Assembly (NCBI RefSeq): GCF_036321535.1
Contig: NC_087451.1
Span: forward strand, 33,232,001 to 33,296,000
DNA: 64,000 nucleotides
Direction: 5' to 3'
Source: Camelus dromedarius
Lineage: Eukaryota
Part shown: positions 48,429 through 60,480 of the stretch, piece after piece
Layout: every line of letters starts with the position of its first letter
Numbering within the stretch: the stretch's first letter is position 1
Notes under the pieces: model-generated
The model's input: the letters and a program-made list of their open reading frames with translations, nothing else
Database searches by the model: none
What the model was told of the DNA's origin: nothing
Made by a program: the position numbers and the translations under genes

Positions 48429-49370
48429 AGAGGGAACAGCGCCGGTGGTAACCACTGATGCGAACGCTCCTGTCCCACTCGAGCTAAAGCTGAGTTTACA
48501 GAAGCAAAGCCCCATGAGGAGCAAAGGGACTGTGCATCCGGATGGTGAGGGGGTAATCAGAGCATCACAGCTCTTCCACATCCATCCAGGCGAATACGTG
48601 TCTCTCCTCTTCACTCCATCCTTCTCTCTCCTCCAACTCCATCCACCTCCCCAAAGGGCCCCTGCTTTGCCCCATGTTTTCCCAGACATTTACACATGAG
48701 TGTCTCAACTTTTTGCTCTCTCCCCGGTGAATCAGTGCAGTCTGACATCTGTGTCTGTCTCAGGGGACCTCGACGTGGCACAGGGACCTTGACTGTGCAT
48801 CTTCAAGTTTGGCCTTAGGGGAGCTGTCCACCTCACAGCCACAGCCATTCCCCTGTCATGGGGCATGGAGTGTGGCCAGCATATCTGCTCCATGCAGAGG
48901 ATCCTTCGGGACCGCCCAGGGTCTTGTGGGCACTTTCCTTCACACATTCAAAAGAAAGGAGGCAGACCACGCCCCCCTGGTGGGAGGGTGCCCGGAGGGG
49001 ATGCAGCGGGGAGAGGAGGCAGGGGCAGAGCCATCCAGCTGAAGCAGGTGTGCAGGTGGCGTCAGGGAAAAAGAGGAAAGGGGGTGAGGACAGGAGAGCA
49101 TCGTGGGGAGGTTCCGGGGACTCATCTGGAACAGGGAGGGGGAGGGAAGGATGAAGGAGAGGCCAGGGGTCATCGGCGGACAGTTAAAACAGAGAGGCCA
49201 ACTAGGGGTAAGAATAAGGTGCCCACGTGGTGACACCCACCTGGAAGAGAAAAGGTGGTCAGTGAGGGTGGAGGGGCAGGTGGAAACTGAGCAGTCTCTG
49301 GAGGGGCTTGGTGGCAGGTAGCAACAGTGGAGTCTAAGGTTGGGCAGTGGGAACACAGGGCAGAGAAGCC

Positions 49371-49470
49371 ATTCATTCAGTCATTCACTCATTCATTCAT
49401 TCATCCAGTAAAACACTCCCTGAACCCTGACTGAAAGATGTTGGGCTGAGCTCTGGAGACGTGCAGCAGG
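49371..49470 (-). mobile_element. L2 3' end with (CATT)n tail
   Basis: cattcattcagtcattcactcattcattcattcatcc. Confidence 0.65.
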
Positions 49471-50069
49471 TCCAGTAGGGAGCTGGTTACAGGAACCTGA
49501 GGTCTAGGAAGAAGTGAGGGGTGGGCACTCTGATGCCATCAGCCTGCCCCTGGCAGCGGAGAGAGTGCACGTGGCTGAAATTATCCAGAGGGAGAAGGGA
49601 CGATGCAAAAAACAGGGAGCTGGGCAGAACCCCACAGAAATGCCATTTAAGGGCGAGCATGAAAAGATGCCTCCCCAAAGATGTCAGTGAATGAGTGGAT
49701 GAACAAATGAATGAAGGAAGGAAGGAAACTAGGACCAGATCCAAGGATCTATGGAAGGAGACAGGAAAATCCAAAACCCCCTTGCACCTCCAGACTGGCC
49801 ACGTGCAGTGCTGGGCTTCGAGGGAAAGGCCAAGGATGTCATCATGGCCTCCGCCCCAAGGAGATCACAAAGTGGAACGAAGCCAAGGGATAAACAAGCA
49901 AAATTTGAATTACCTTCAAAGAGTTAACTATCAGTGCAAGGCTGGGTGAGAAAAAAACAATGTCTCAAGGCTGCACCTTGCGTGATTAAGTTCAAATGAA
50001 TTGCACAGGCTAAAACCGCATCAAAGTTCAGAGGACAGAGAAAGCGCTCAGGGCTTCAATTGTCAGGGA

Positions 50070-50375
50070 TGGGTTTGCTGAGAGGTGAGAGCTGATCTGG
50101 GTTTTGAAGGAGGGGTAGAATTAGTGCAGGAAAAGATGTAGGCGGTGTGCAGGCAGGGCAGGCTCCGCCAAGCCATGGCAAGTATGGAAAATGACTAGAG
50201 CTCAAGGTGCACTTGGTGGCGGGGGGAGGAGGGGGCGTGGAGTGGGTGCTCAGGGGGCGGGCCTTGGAGGTGCGGTAGAAAAGGACCTGCATGTCTGGCC
50301 AACACTTCTGGATTTGGTCCTGCCAGTGTTTTGGGATAAATAGAAAAATTTTAAATGGGGATGTGATGTATCGCA
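50070..50375 (-). mobile_element. L2 internal fragment
   Basis: gagctgatctgggttttgaaggaggggtagaatt...aaaattttaaatggggatgtgatg. Confidence 0.5.
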
Positions 50376-51308
50376 AGCAGTGTTCCCAAAGTTAATCAGT
50401 TGGCAGGATGGATTAGAGGAGAATTAGAGGGAAGAGGGCAGGTAGACCCATCAGGGATCCAGGACAACCACTGAATGGGGAGGTGTTGGACTGTATGCAA
50501 ATCGGATGCAAAAGAAGGTGTGGGCAGGAAGAAGTTTGGGGGGGAGAAGTGGGTGGAGAGTAAGACTAGGTGAAGTGTGTGTGGATGCAGGAGGTGGGAG
50601 GTGCAGGTGGGGTTTCTCCTACCAGCTAAGACCCCGTCATGGGGAACCCCCAAGCCACCCACGCCTGCCCCACGGGGCACTGTGTATGACTGCCTTTACT
50701 TTATTTTGTTTTACCTTGTCTTTTGTTTTTGCCCTGGTGTGACCAGCTGAGCTGGCTCAGTAGCAGGCACCCAGGATGGTCTGGGAGGGACTTTGACTCC
50801 TCAGGGGGCCTCATGAAGAACCAGGACCTGGGACCAGGAGGTACCCACCCCCACCCTCTCCGGGTGACCCCAGCGGGACCCCCTCCCCTCAAAGCCTGCA
50901 GGGCACGAGCCTCCTGCTCCTCATCATGGCCCACAGCCCCTTCTGCAATAAACGTATTGCAGCAGGAATTGGGAAGGAAGAAATTCATTCTCCTTTCCTC
51001 TCCCCAGCTCAGAGCAGTATCTTGCCCGCAGCTCTATTTCCCAATCTCTCCTCTGGTGCGTTTTAATATTTATAGGTGTGAGGACAGAATGGGGTGTGTG
51101 AGAGCTTGTGGGCCCCGAGAGCAGAGACTTAGAGAGCTGCCCCCCACCTGAGGACCCGCAAACCTGCAGGGGCTGCCCCCAGGGCCATTCCCAGGAGCCC
51201 ACCTGAGAGGGCACCCGGTGGTTATCCAGTGTCCTCCCTTGGACTGGCACCCACCGCTTGGCCACCGAGACCCATTTGCCTTCCTTCATTACAACTGTTT
51301 CCTGTTGG

Positions 51309-51775
51309 GTCTATTAGTTATCTATTGCTGCATTTGAAAAATGCCCCAAAACTTAATGGTTAAAACACACATTTACTATCTCAGGGTTTCTCTGGGTGGG
51401 GAACCTGGGCGTGGCTCAGCTGGAGCTTCTGTCTCGGTCTCACAAGGCTGCCTTCAAAGGCGCGGCTGAAGCAGGATCCACCTCCACGCTCCCTCGGTGG
51501 TTGTTGGCAGGATGCAATGTCTGGTGGCTTGTTGGGCTGAGAGCTTACTTATCCAGTATCTCAGCTGTCTTCTAGGGCCACGGAGTTCCTTACTAGGCTG
51601 TCTGTATCTGGCTGGGCTGCCAGGGAGGAGGGAGAGCCTTTGGGAGCCCAGGCCTGGAAGTGGCAGCATCTATCTGGCCAGGGGTAGAGTAGGGGTGGCG
51701 GGGAGCCCACATATGTGGGCCCAGGAGGAAGAAGACAGGAACACTGGTGAACAATTCTCCAGCCTCTAGCCCATG
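51309..51775 (-). mobile_element. MaLR LTR (MLT1E/F-like)
   Basis: tctattagttatctattgctgc...ccccaaaacttaatggttaaaac...ggctcagctgg...ggttgttggcaggat. Confidence 0.8.
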
Positions 51776-51795
51776 CAGGCAGTCATATAACAGAG

Positions 51796-52424
51796 TGTGA
51801 TGGTTTGTTTGATGTGTCAATTGGACTGGGTCCAATTGTGGACCCAGACAGTTGCCTAGGCATTATTTCTGGGTGTGTCTGTAAGGGTGTTTGGGGAAGA
51901 GATTAGCCTTTAAATCTTTGAACTGAGTAAAGCACGTGGGTGGGTCTCCTCCAATCAGCTGAGGGCCCGAGCAGAACATCCAGGCAGAGGAAGGGTGAGT
52001 TTGCGCTCTGCCTGGCTGAGCGGGAACATCCATCTTCCCCGCCCTCGGGGCTCCCGGTCACAGGCTTCCAGACTCGGACTGGAATCCACATCACCAACCC
52101 TCCGGCTCTCAGGCCCTCAGACTGCAGCACCGCCTCCCTGGGTCCCCAGCTTACAGACAGCAGGTCATGGAAAGTCCCATAACCTGCCTCCACAACATGT
52201 GAGCCAGTGCCTTATAATAGTGTTCATTATATTTTATTATATATACATACATCCTATATAATATAGATAGATGTTGTATATAATATTACATATGCTTTTG
52301 GTTATATAACCTATTGGTTATTATATATATGGTTTTATATATTTTTATATATTATAGTATATATATAAATGGTATATGTGTATCTCTATGTGTTTTGGTT
52401 CTGCTTCTCTGAAACCCTAATACA
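51796..52424 (+). mobile_element. ERVL LTR MLT2 (B/D-like), copy 2, full length
   Basis: TGTGATGGTT...CCCTAATACA termini; 5-bp TSD cagag/caaag (one mismatch); expanded TA-rich tract about 52210-52385. Confidence 0.92.
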
Positions 52425-53078
52425 CAAAGCAACAGTAAGGGGGCTGAACCAGGTCCTTCACCACCCAGGTCCTCCTCCTCTCTGCTGCCCCACCGTCTCC
52501 CGACCTCACCTGAGGTGTATTTTCCCATCACCACCCCCCCACACCTGACTGCATCCTTCTGACCTCCCCACCCTCAACTGTAGACGTAAGTTCTCGGGTT
52601 CTAAGAAACGGCCCCCTTTCCCAGCCGCCTCTCCTCCAGCACCACAGTCTCACTCATCTGGTTGAAGCCTCCACAGGCGGACTCCTAACAAAATTAAGGG
52701 AGCACTGGGCTTAGAGTCCAAAATCCAACTGCAAGTCTGGTTGCCGCGCCTCTCCCTAGGTTCCTAGGTCTTCTTCTACTAAACAGGGGTGGGAAGGTGA
52801 GCGGGGAGATTTGAGGTCAAGGGTCTCCAAACTCCGTCCCAGGGTTTCTCACCTTCACTCACTCAAGCTTTGATTTTTCACCAGGTGTTCTTATGCAGCT
52901 GCCTCCTGAGTCCCCCATGCCCCTCCCCGCCCCACTCCCACTCTCAGTTCCCGCGCATCTGTCACTCGCATGTTTGCCACGGACGCCCACCCTCCCTGCC
53001 AGCCCAAGGAGGAAGCTGCCATTCGGTGAGAGCCGGGGCTGGGTGGGCCACCCAGATCACGAGGCTACACAACCAACA

Positions 53079-53398
53079 CTAGACCCACGCTGCCCAGCAG
53101 AACCTTCCTCGGTGATGGCACTGCTCTCTAGTCTGCACCGCCCAGCGTGGTAGCCCCTGTGGCTCTTGAGCAAAGGGATGTGCCTTTCGCGACTGAGCAA
53201 CTAAAATGTTTCGTTGTATTTTGTTTCTGTTGGTTTACTTCTTTTTTTTTTTAATTTGGTGGAGGCACTGGGGAGCGAGCCGAGGACCTCGAGCATGGGC
53301 GTGCTAGGCATGCGCTCTGCCCACCCCCCTCCACTAGCTTACATTATTAACTTGAGTAGCCACAGGTAGCCACTGGCTGCTGCAGCACTGGACCGGGC
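53079..53398 (+). mobile_element. MER3 hAT-Charlie MITE interrupted by a SINE
   Basis: ctagacccacgctgcccagcagaacctt...ggtagcc...gcgactgagcaactaaaat, resuming gtagccacaggtagccactggct. Confidence 0.75.
53242..53343 (-). mobile_element. Vic-1-type tRNA-derived SINE (degenerate)
   Basis: Minus strand cagagcgcatgcctagcacg...gaggtcctcggctcgctccccagtgcctcca plus poly-A. Confidence 0.75.
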
Positions 53399-54099
53399 GG
53401 CGCCCGAAGGCGGGAACTGGAGCTTAGCCATCTGACTGGCACCTGAGGTTCTGTCTCTTGGGTTCTGGAGCCTCCGGGGAAGCTCAGCATGGCTTGTGGG
53501 GGAACTGACACCGCCCCAGGCGGAAGGTGGCTAAAGCAGCACTCCTCAAAAAGCAGATCTGATGCAGCCATCGGCACGCCTGAGGTCTGCATGTCTAACG
53601 AGGCTTCCAGGTGACGACAGTGGACCTCGCCTCGGGTAGCAGAGCGCTGAGGTCTCCTTTCCCGCTTCTGCCTTCAGTCACCCAGCTGCCAGTACCGCAG
53701 TCTTCTGCACTTCCTCATGTCTCCCTTTTGAAGAAGAGAAACCCCAGTCCCCCACACCCGGAAGCCTTGATTCAGGCGGAAATAATGGGAGAAGGACCTC
53801 CAGGCCCCGCACACCCGGCTTTTCTCAGATTTGCAGAGTCAGCCAGGCTGTTTAATCACAGTGCAGCACAGCCTCACCAGCTCAGCACCAGCCGGGCGGT
53901 CCCACAGGATCTCTGTCTTGCTTGCAGTCCTGGCTGCAGGAGGGAGTGTTCGCAAAAGAGCACTAGAGACGTCCATGGAAAGGTTTATTCAAACCCGCGC
54001 AGCACACGGCTCCGGGCTCCGGAAATCACTGGCCCAGCTGCTGGACTGAGTCGCGCAGTCCGAGATACAAGTCCCAGATCTTCCTTCCTACAACACACC

Positions 54100-54350
54100 A
54101 AGCAGCGATCTCTGCATTTCACTTATCTTACATATGCAGAAGCCGAGGCACAGAGAGGTTGAGCATCTGGTCTGAAGTCGCACAGCTTGGTCCTAGAGGC
54201 GGCCAGTGGACCTGCTACGTGGTGCCTCACCTGTTAAATGGAGATCCTAATGGTAACAGGCTTATCTGCTGCCCAGGAAGGTGGGGAAGCTCCAAGGACA
54301 CACGATATGGAAATCCTCGTGCTGTCTAAGCACTAGGGAAATATGAACTA
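54100..54350. mobile_element. MIR fragments in both orientations
   Basis: cttacatatgcagaagccgaggcacagagaggtt (minus) then cctcacctgttaaatggagat (plus). Confidence 0.6.
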
Positions 54351-55694
54351 ATGCCGGCGGGGCTTGTTAGGGTCTGGAGGTTAGATGTTCCCAGGGCACA
54401 AGTGGACCCCCTCCCCCACTCACACCCATTGGCTCACGTCTGGCGCCCTTCTGAGGCTGCACCCCTGTGCTCTCTCTGAACAAGTCCTTCAGTGTCTACC
54501 TGTCCACACATGTGCGTGTTCCTCCCTCCGCCCCCACAGGCACAGGCTTCTGGACACACCTCCATCCACGAACTACCAGCTTTCCAACCCATCCAGGTTA
54601 ATACTGCCCTAGTGAATGGGCAGCCCCTGTCCCCACTCTCAGGCCTGGGGCAATGTCACCTTTCCGCCCTCCTGCTTCATGTGGGGCCGATCCCACCTCC
54701 ACTTCCAGGAGCTGGCGATTGGAGGCAAAGGATTGGTTCCTGGATCACCAGGTGACTCAATTCAGGCCAAAGAGATTCAGGCTCAAAACTTGGCTTTTAT
54801 TGGTCGAGGAGGAAAAACCCTCTCTTTTTCCCAAGGCTGGGAGTTGGGGGCCACCATCTTGCTTCCATTTCCGGGGCCAACACAGGAGACGGAGCTGAGA
54901 AATCGGGACAGACCCAAACGACATCATCCTGATGACATATGCAGGCTGTTGGATTCAGCCAGGTATGGATACTTTTGCGAAAGGAATCAGTAAGAGACAT
55001 CCCCTCTCTTTCAGTTTCTCTTAAGCCATTTTGAGGAGGGTTTCCTCTGGTCAAGAGGCCTGACACAACCTCTCTCTCTCTCCCTGCTTTTTCACCAGCT
55101 CCACCTCCAACTCCCCGCATGGTCCCCAGCCCACGTCCGCTGACCTGGGCTCCCTGGAAGGAGGGAGGCCCGGGGAGCTGCCTGCTGCCCTCCTGCTGTT
55201 CATTTGGCCGCAGCCAGGCTCGGCCCCTCACCACCAGAAAGCTGATTTTGCAGTCCTCTGCCGAGAAAAAGCCGGGCCCGTGCTCTCTGCATGGATGCAC
55301 GCTGCCTACCTGCTCAGGTCCCTTGCACTCAGTGCCCTGGGGCAGGTTGGTCTTGCCCCCTTGCTGGGACCTGAATGAAGGCAGAGCTGCCATGTTGATT
55401 TAGTGCCGGGAGGTCCACCAGAAACCCTCGGCCTTCAAGTCAACAACCAGCTGCCCTCTGTGCCCACGTGTTCGGGAGCACAAAGAACCACAGTGCTTCC
55501 GTGCTTCCTGGCGAGGCTGGAAAATGAACAAAGTCTGAGTGAGGCAGGGTATATGGGACATCAGCCTTTTCGGAACTTCCTTAGCTTCTGCAGGGCTGGA
55601 AACCCACTTGTCTGGAAGTTTGTCTCTCCTTACTCTGCCCGAGTGGGACAGATTCAGGGAGCCCCCAAAGGCAGACGGCAGCCTTCAGTCCTGG

Positions 55695-55880
55695 TGTGTT
55701 ACTCACCAGCTGAGGGACCTTATTAATTAACCTCTCTGTCCTCAGTGTTCTCACCTGTAGGATGGGGCCACAGTAGCACTGACACAATAGGGGTGAATGC
55801 AAGACAGACCAAAGGGAAGGATGACAGCACTGGGCCACCCGAGGCATGAGGAAGATGGCGATTGTGATTTATATGATTAT
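55695..55880 (+). mobile_element. MIR SINE
   Basis: taacctctctgtcctcagtgttctcacctgtaggatgggg. Confidence 0.75.
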
Positions 55881-57282
55881 GAGGCATCATGGTTCTCTTC
55901 CTTGTCCCTGGGCTGGACCTCTGCATCGCCTGCTCCCCCAACGTGCACAGGCCTCCCCTCACCCTGCCCCCCACCAAGTTCACATCTTCATCATCACCTG
56001 TTCCCGGTTTTCCCAAAGCCAGTTTCGCCTGAGAACTCAGAACTCCCCGCCGGGTTCCTTTTGCTGGGTTCTCCTGGCCCAGCTCACGGAAGCTCCGCCC
56101 TGGCTCAGCCATCAGCTGGCCGGCCGGCTAAGCACATACATCTGTGAAGCCAGGCAAGTTTAGGAAGGAAAATTTGTTGAAAATTGGAATCCTAATGCGT
56201 TCCAGATAGGAGCGGATTTTGCATTATTGGCTGTTTGAGCAGAACGGCACGGCTGCCTCCGAGCGTGGGTGAGGGCAGGCGGGGGGCAGAGTGGCTCAGT
56301 GTTGGACACTGCTTTTGAATCTGTTGCAAAATCACAGTCCAGAGTCTCCGTCAAGAGGCAGCTGTCAGGTCACTGCATTACCGGCAGCTCCTACTGGGGC
56401 AGCCTGGGGTCGGCCTGATTCTCCCTGCGCCCCAGCCCCCCAGAAGGGCTTCCACGTGATTTGTTTCCATGCAGTTGCTTCCCGGGTTCCTGGGGCTACC
56501 CTCACTTGGTTCTGAGAGTCATCTGCCTGACTTCTCAACAGGGACTCTCAGAACAGGGCTCCAAGCTCAGCCAGGGCTGACTGCGCCCAGCCCTCTATCC
56601 TGTGTCCTGCACGGCCAGCAGCAGCTGCAGCATCTGGTCTCTTCCGTCCATCGTGATATTTACCAGGACCAGGGTTGGAACAATCTCCCCGCTGCCAGGG
56701 GAGGGAACCTCCCAGGAAGCGCTCTCCTCTGGGAACTTCAGCTGGCACAAAGATCTCAGCAGTCCCTTCTATTTTATGACTGTTTGAATTTTGTCAACAC
56801 TGAAGATCCCAAAGTGGGCATATCAGGGAAGAAGCAGCCCGAGGCATGCTTTCCCTGGAGACTTCCCAGAATCCGGGGTGTCACCTGCTGGGTCGACCAG
56901 CTGTACCAACTCCTCAGCTCCCCACCCCTAGTGCTGAGTAGGATTTTGACTTTGAGTGAAGGAAGACAGCTACCCATTCAAGTGGCAATTAAAAGGCCCT
57001 TGCAGAGGCCCTAGGTTGTGCTGAGTGCCGGGCAAGGCTTAATTAATTGCTCCAGCCCCCAGGAGCCTTGTCAGCTCAGCCAGGACCCCATGTCGGTCTG
57101 TACTCTCACACCCGAGAGCCGGCAGGAAAAGCCAGAGGGACACACGGCTGTAGGAGGGAGTGGGTCCAGGATGGGGGAGGATGTGGTTTCTCTTAGTGCC
57201 CCCTAGCACACCCACCCATCACACAAACACACCCAACACACACAAACATGCATCCCCATATAAAAGTATACGGCCTGTGGGC

Positions 57283-57390
57283 AAGGGACACCCTGTTTGC
57301 CTGAGACACCTCCCATTTATACCTTCAATCTGGTCTAATTATTAATAGTGGTCCCTCCTAGTTTAGATGATAACTGATATGGTCACCCTC
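57283..57390. mobile_element. MER94-like hAT-Blackjack MITE
   Basis: cctgtttgcctgagaca...taattattaatag...gatatggtcaccct. Confidence 0.7.
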
Positions 57391-59200
57391 CTAGGGGAGC
57401 TCAGGGGAGAGATGCTACGGAGACTAGAGACGTCGACTCGTCTCATTTGCTCTCTATCCAGAACTTGAAAACAGGGATCTCAGGGAGAGACTAGGGAAGA
57501 TTGTTTCTCTAACCTCCCAAGTCAGACAAGGATAGCCCTCAGGTCAAGTTTAAGGACATGGATCATGGGATACTCTGATTTGAAGCCTCACGGTGTGGCA
57601 AAAACCTTTAACTTTTAGGCAAGGTGAATGATCATTTCTGCTATTACAATCATTAAGCATTTCTTATCAATATATCTGCATGCCTGTTACAAGTTTGTCT
57701 GCGTGCATGAATCAGTTTGAAACGGCAAGTCCCCAGGACAGACATGGAAAATGAGTTTCATCTGGAATGCCAGCTCTGGGTCTTCGTGTCAGTCCTTGCC
57801 TGGCTCAGAGTGTTAAGAAGGATTCTGAGGCTGTATCCCAGCTGAACATCAGAACACCAGGGGCCTCCGTCTGCTCGGAGCGCAGGAGATGGAGCGGTGA
57901 CATCCTGTCTGCTATTTGCCACACTTGTCTCAGACGGTGTCAGGAGTCTCAGGGTTTCTTTCTATACGGAGCCTTGGCCTGAATACAGTGGAGCGCCTTT
58001 GCAAAGCCTAGACGTGGGCCTCTATCCTGTTCTCTGTCCCACTGAAGCAAAGCCCTGTTGCAAACAGAGCACGGTGTCGGCTGCCTCTCCTTGGGAAGAA
58101 AACCGAACAAGTCTAGGAGCAAGAGATAGCTGGGTTGGGAACATGCCAGCTCAGGTTAGCTTCAGGTCTCGGAGAAACGTCCTCCCTGAGCCCAGTGCCA
58201 GGCATGGCTGTGACACATCCAGAGTTGACGCTTTGACATCCCGCCCACCCCTGTGTCATCTTTGTCCCACCAGACCTCAGCCCACAGCTCCTAAGGCAGG
58301 ACCCCAGGAGACCTGGCGTGGGGCTCTCCCTCTCACTCTCAGCATCTGACACCAGCCTGCTTCTTAAAAGAACCAGACCCTTAGACAAAGAGGCAGTGAC
58401 ACAAATACTTTCTTGACTCTACAGACAGGGGTTGCTGCCTCTGTGGCAGGTGTTCCTTTGAGGTCTGTTCAGTCCCTTGGGTCACAACAACCCACCCAGG
58501 ACAGGATGTTGTGTGTTTCAGGCTATCTAAGGAAGTACATTTGCAAACAGGCTCATCTGCTCAAATGAGGAGCAGGCTCCCCTCCCTGCCTTTCAAGGTC
58601 GCAAAGCCTAAGGGATCAAAAGCTCATTCTGAATGGTTTCTTATTTGTCCTTTCAACCCGCAGCACATGGAGGCTCGGCTGTGCTTGCTCTGTCGTCAGC
58701 CCTCTTTCCAATCACGGGGCCCTTTCAGTGGGTCCAGAATGCGGCGGTCCTCCATGTTGGCCATCTCCAAGAGACTCCATAAAGGATGCATGAGGTGGGC
58801 TATCAGGGTGGAAATCAACTAAACATATTTGCAAAGCTTGTTCATAAAGGAACCTGAGAACACGGTGAGCCTTGGGGGAGTGAGAGAGGTACAAAGGTTA
58901 ATGAAGTCACTGTGGCTCAGCTCCCTGATTTGTAAAATGAAAAGATTGACCTCCATGATGCTAGGGCTGAACCATGGCCGATATCAAGATTACCCAGGAA
59001 ACAATTCCATCAGCTGAGTTACGTGGCTAAGGGGTTCTGGGCATCAGCTGCAAAAAAAAAGTGACCCCTGGCCATCTGGCTAATGTGAAACCTACAGTTC
59101 CCTCCTCTTTCTCTTAATACAATGTTACACCGTGTCAAAATGAGCTAGCTAAATTCAGGCCAAATCTCTGACTCAGAGAATGGACGTTTAAATGGCTTAG

Positions 59201-59359
59201 GACCCCTTGGGTTGGGGGGGGTGGGTACAGCTCAGTGGTAGAGCGCGTGCTTAGCATTCACGTAGTCCTGGGTTCAATCCCCAGTGCCTCCATTCAAATT
59301 TGTTTAAATAAATAAATAAATCTAATTAATCCCGCCTCCAAAAAAAACAAAAACAAATA
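59201..59359 (+). mobile_element. Vic-1-type tRNA-derived SINE with TSD
   Basis: A box cagctcagtgg, B box ggttcaatccc, (taaa)n and A-rich tail; tttaaatggcttag at 59187-59200 and 59360-59373. Confidence 0.95.
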
Positions 59360-59496
59360 TTTAAATGGCTTAGAATCCCAACAAGAAGGCATGCTCCTGC
59401 TTATGTGGGAGACGGAGAAGAAAGAGGAACCCTTTCCCTCCACGGCTGTGGTGTCACTTTATAAAGGACTGGGGTTTTTCTGTATATATATATATA

Positions 59497-59867
59497 TATT
59501 TTTTGAGATATAATCAGTTACCAGTGTTGTGTCAGTTTTGGGTGTAGAGCATGCTTCAGTCATACATGAACATATATATTCATTTTCATATTCTTTTTCA
59601 CCATAGGTTACTATAGAATATTGAATACTATAGAATAGTGTGAACTTGTTGCTTATGTATTTTATATACATTAGTTAGTATCTGCTGATCTCAGACTCCC
59701 AATTTATCCCTTCCCTCCCCTTTTCCCCCCTGGTAACCATAAGTTTGTTTCCTATGTCTGAGTCTGTTTCTGTTTTGTAAATAAGTTCATTTGTCTTTTT
59801 TTTTTTTTAAGATTCCACATATGAGCGATCTCATATGGTATTTTTCTTTCTCTTTCTGGCTTCCTTC
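59497..59867 (-). mobile_element. Camelid/artiodactyl L1 3' end running into a gap
   Basis: ccctggtaaccataagtttgtttcctatgtctgagtctgtttctgttttgtaaataagttcatttgtc...agattccacatatgagcgat. Confidence 0.92.
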
Positions 59868-59996
59868 NNNNNNNNNNNNNNNNNNNNNNNNNNNNNNNNN
59901 NNNNNNNNNNNNNNNNNNNNNNNNNNNNNNNNNNNNNNNNNNNNNNNNNNNNNNNNNNNNNNNNNNNNNNNNNNNNNNNNNNNNNNNNNNNNNNNN
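59868..59996. other. Assembly gap (129 N)
   Basis: Run of N. Confidence 1.
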
Positions 59997-60211
59997 GGTG
60001 GTTTTCTGGGCCTTTTCTGGACTTCAGTCCCATCCTGAGCCAGTCCAGAGCAAAACTGTTAAACAAGGCAACTCTGTTTTCCACGTGCTCATCTCTGCCC
60101 CGTGGTGTCTTTCCCCTCTTCGGTGGTCTCAGAATATCCACAGACTCTGGGTGTGCTTGGAATGCCCTAAAAACAACCTGTACCCATAGCTGCTGACACC
60201 TGCCATCACTG

Positions 60212-60480
60212 GTCTTAGTTTGGCTTCACCCAAAAGCAGCTCCTGAGAGGCAGATTGGGTGCACATTCAGGTGAAGCAGAGGGGAGGATTCCAGAGCATC
60301 CTCCCATGAGGCAGTCGAGGAGACCAGTAGGATGGATGCCTCCAAGTCACCCCAGCCCAGGGGCAAGGTGGCTGGGGCATGTGTATACCCATTCCCCTCC
60401 GCCACTGTCAAGGGCTGCTTTGGAGGTGAGAGTTGATACCCCCACTTCTGGCCAAGCAAACTTTCAGGGCTTCAGGAAAA
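60212..60480 (-). mobile_element. ERVL LTR (LTR67B/LTR16-like)
   Basis: gtcttagtttggcttcacccaaaagcag; ggctggggcatgtgtataccca...aagggctgct. Confidence 0.55.

Noticed and set aside
59214-59292. tRNA-like sequence with A and B boxes (also 63450-63525)
   Set aside because: Has SINE tail and TSD and matches Vic-1; not a tRNA gene.
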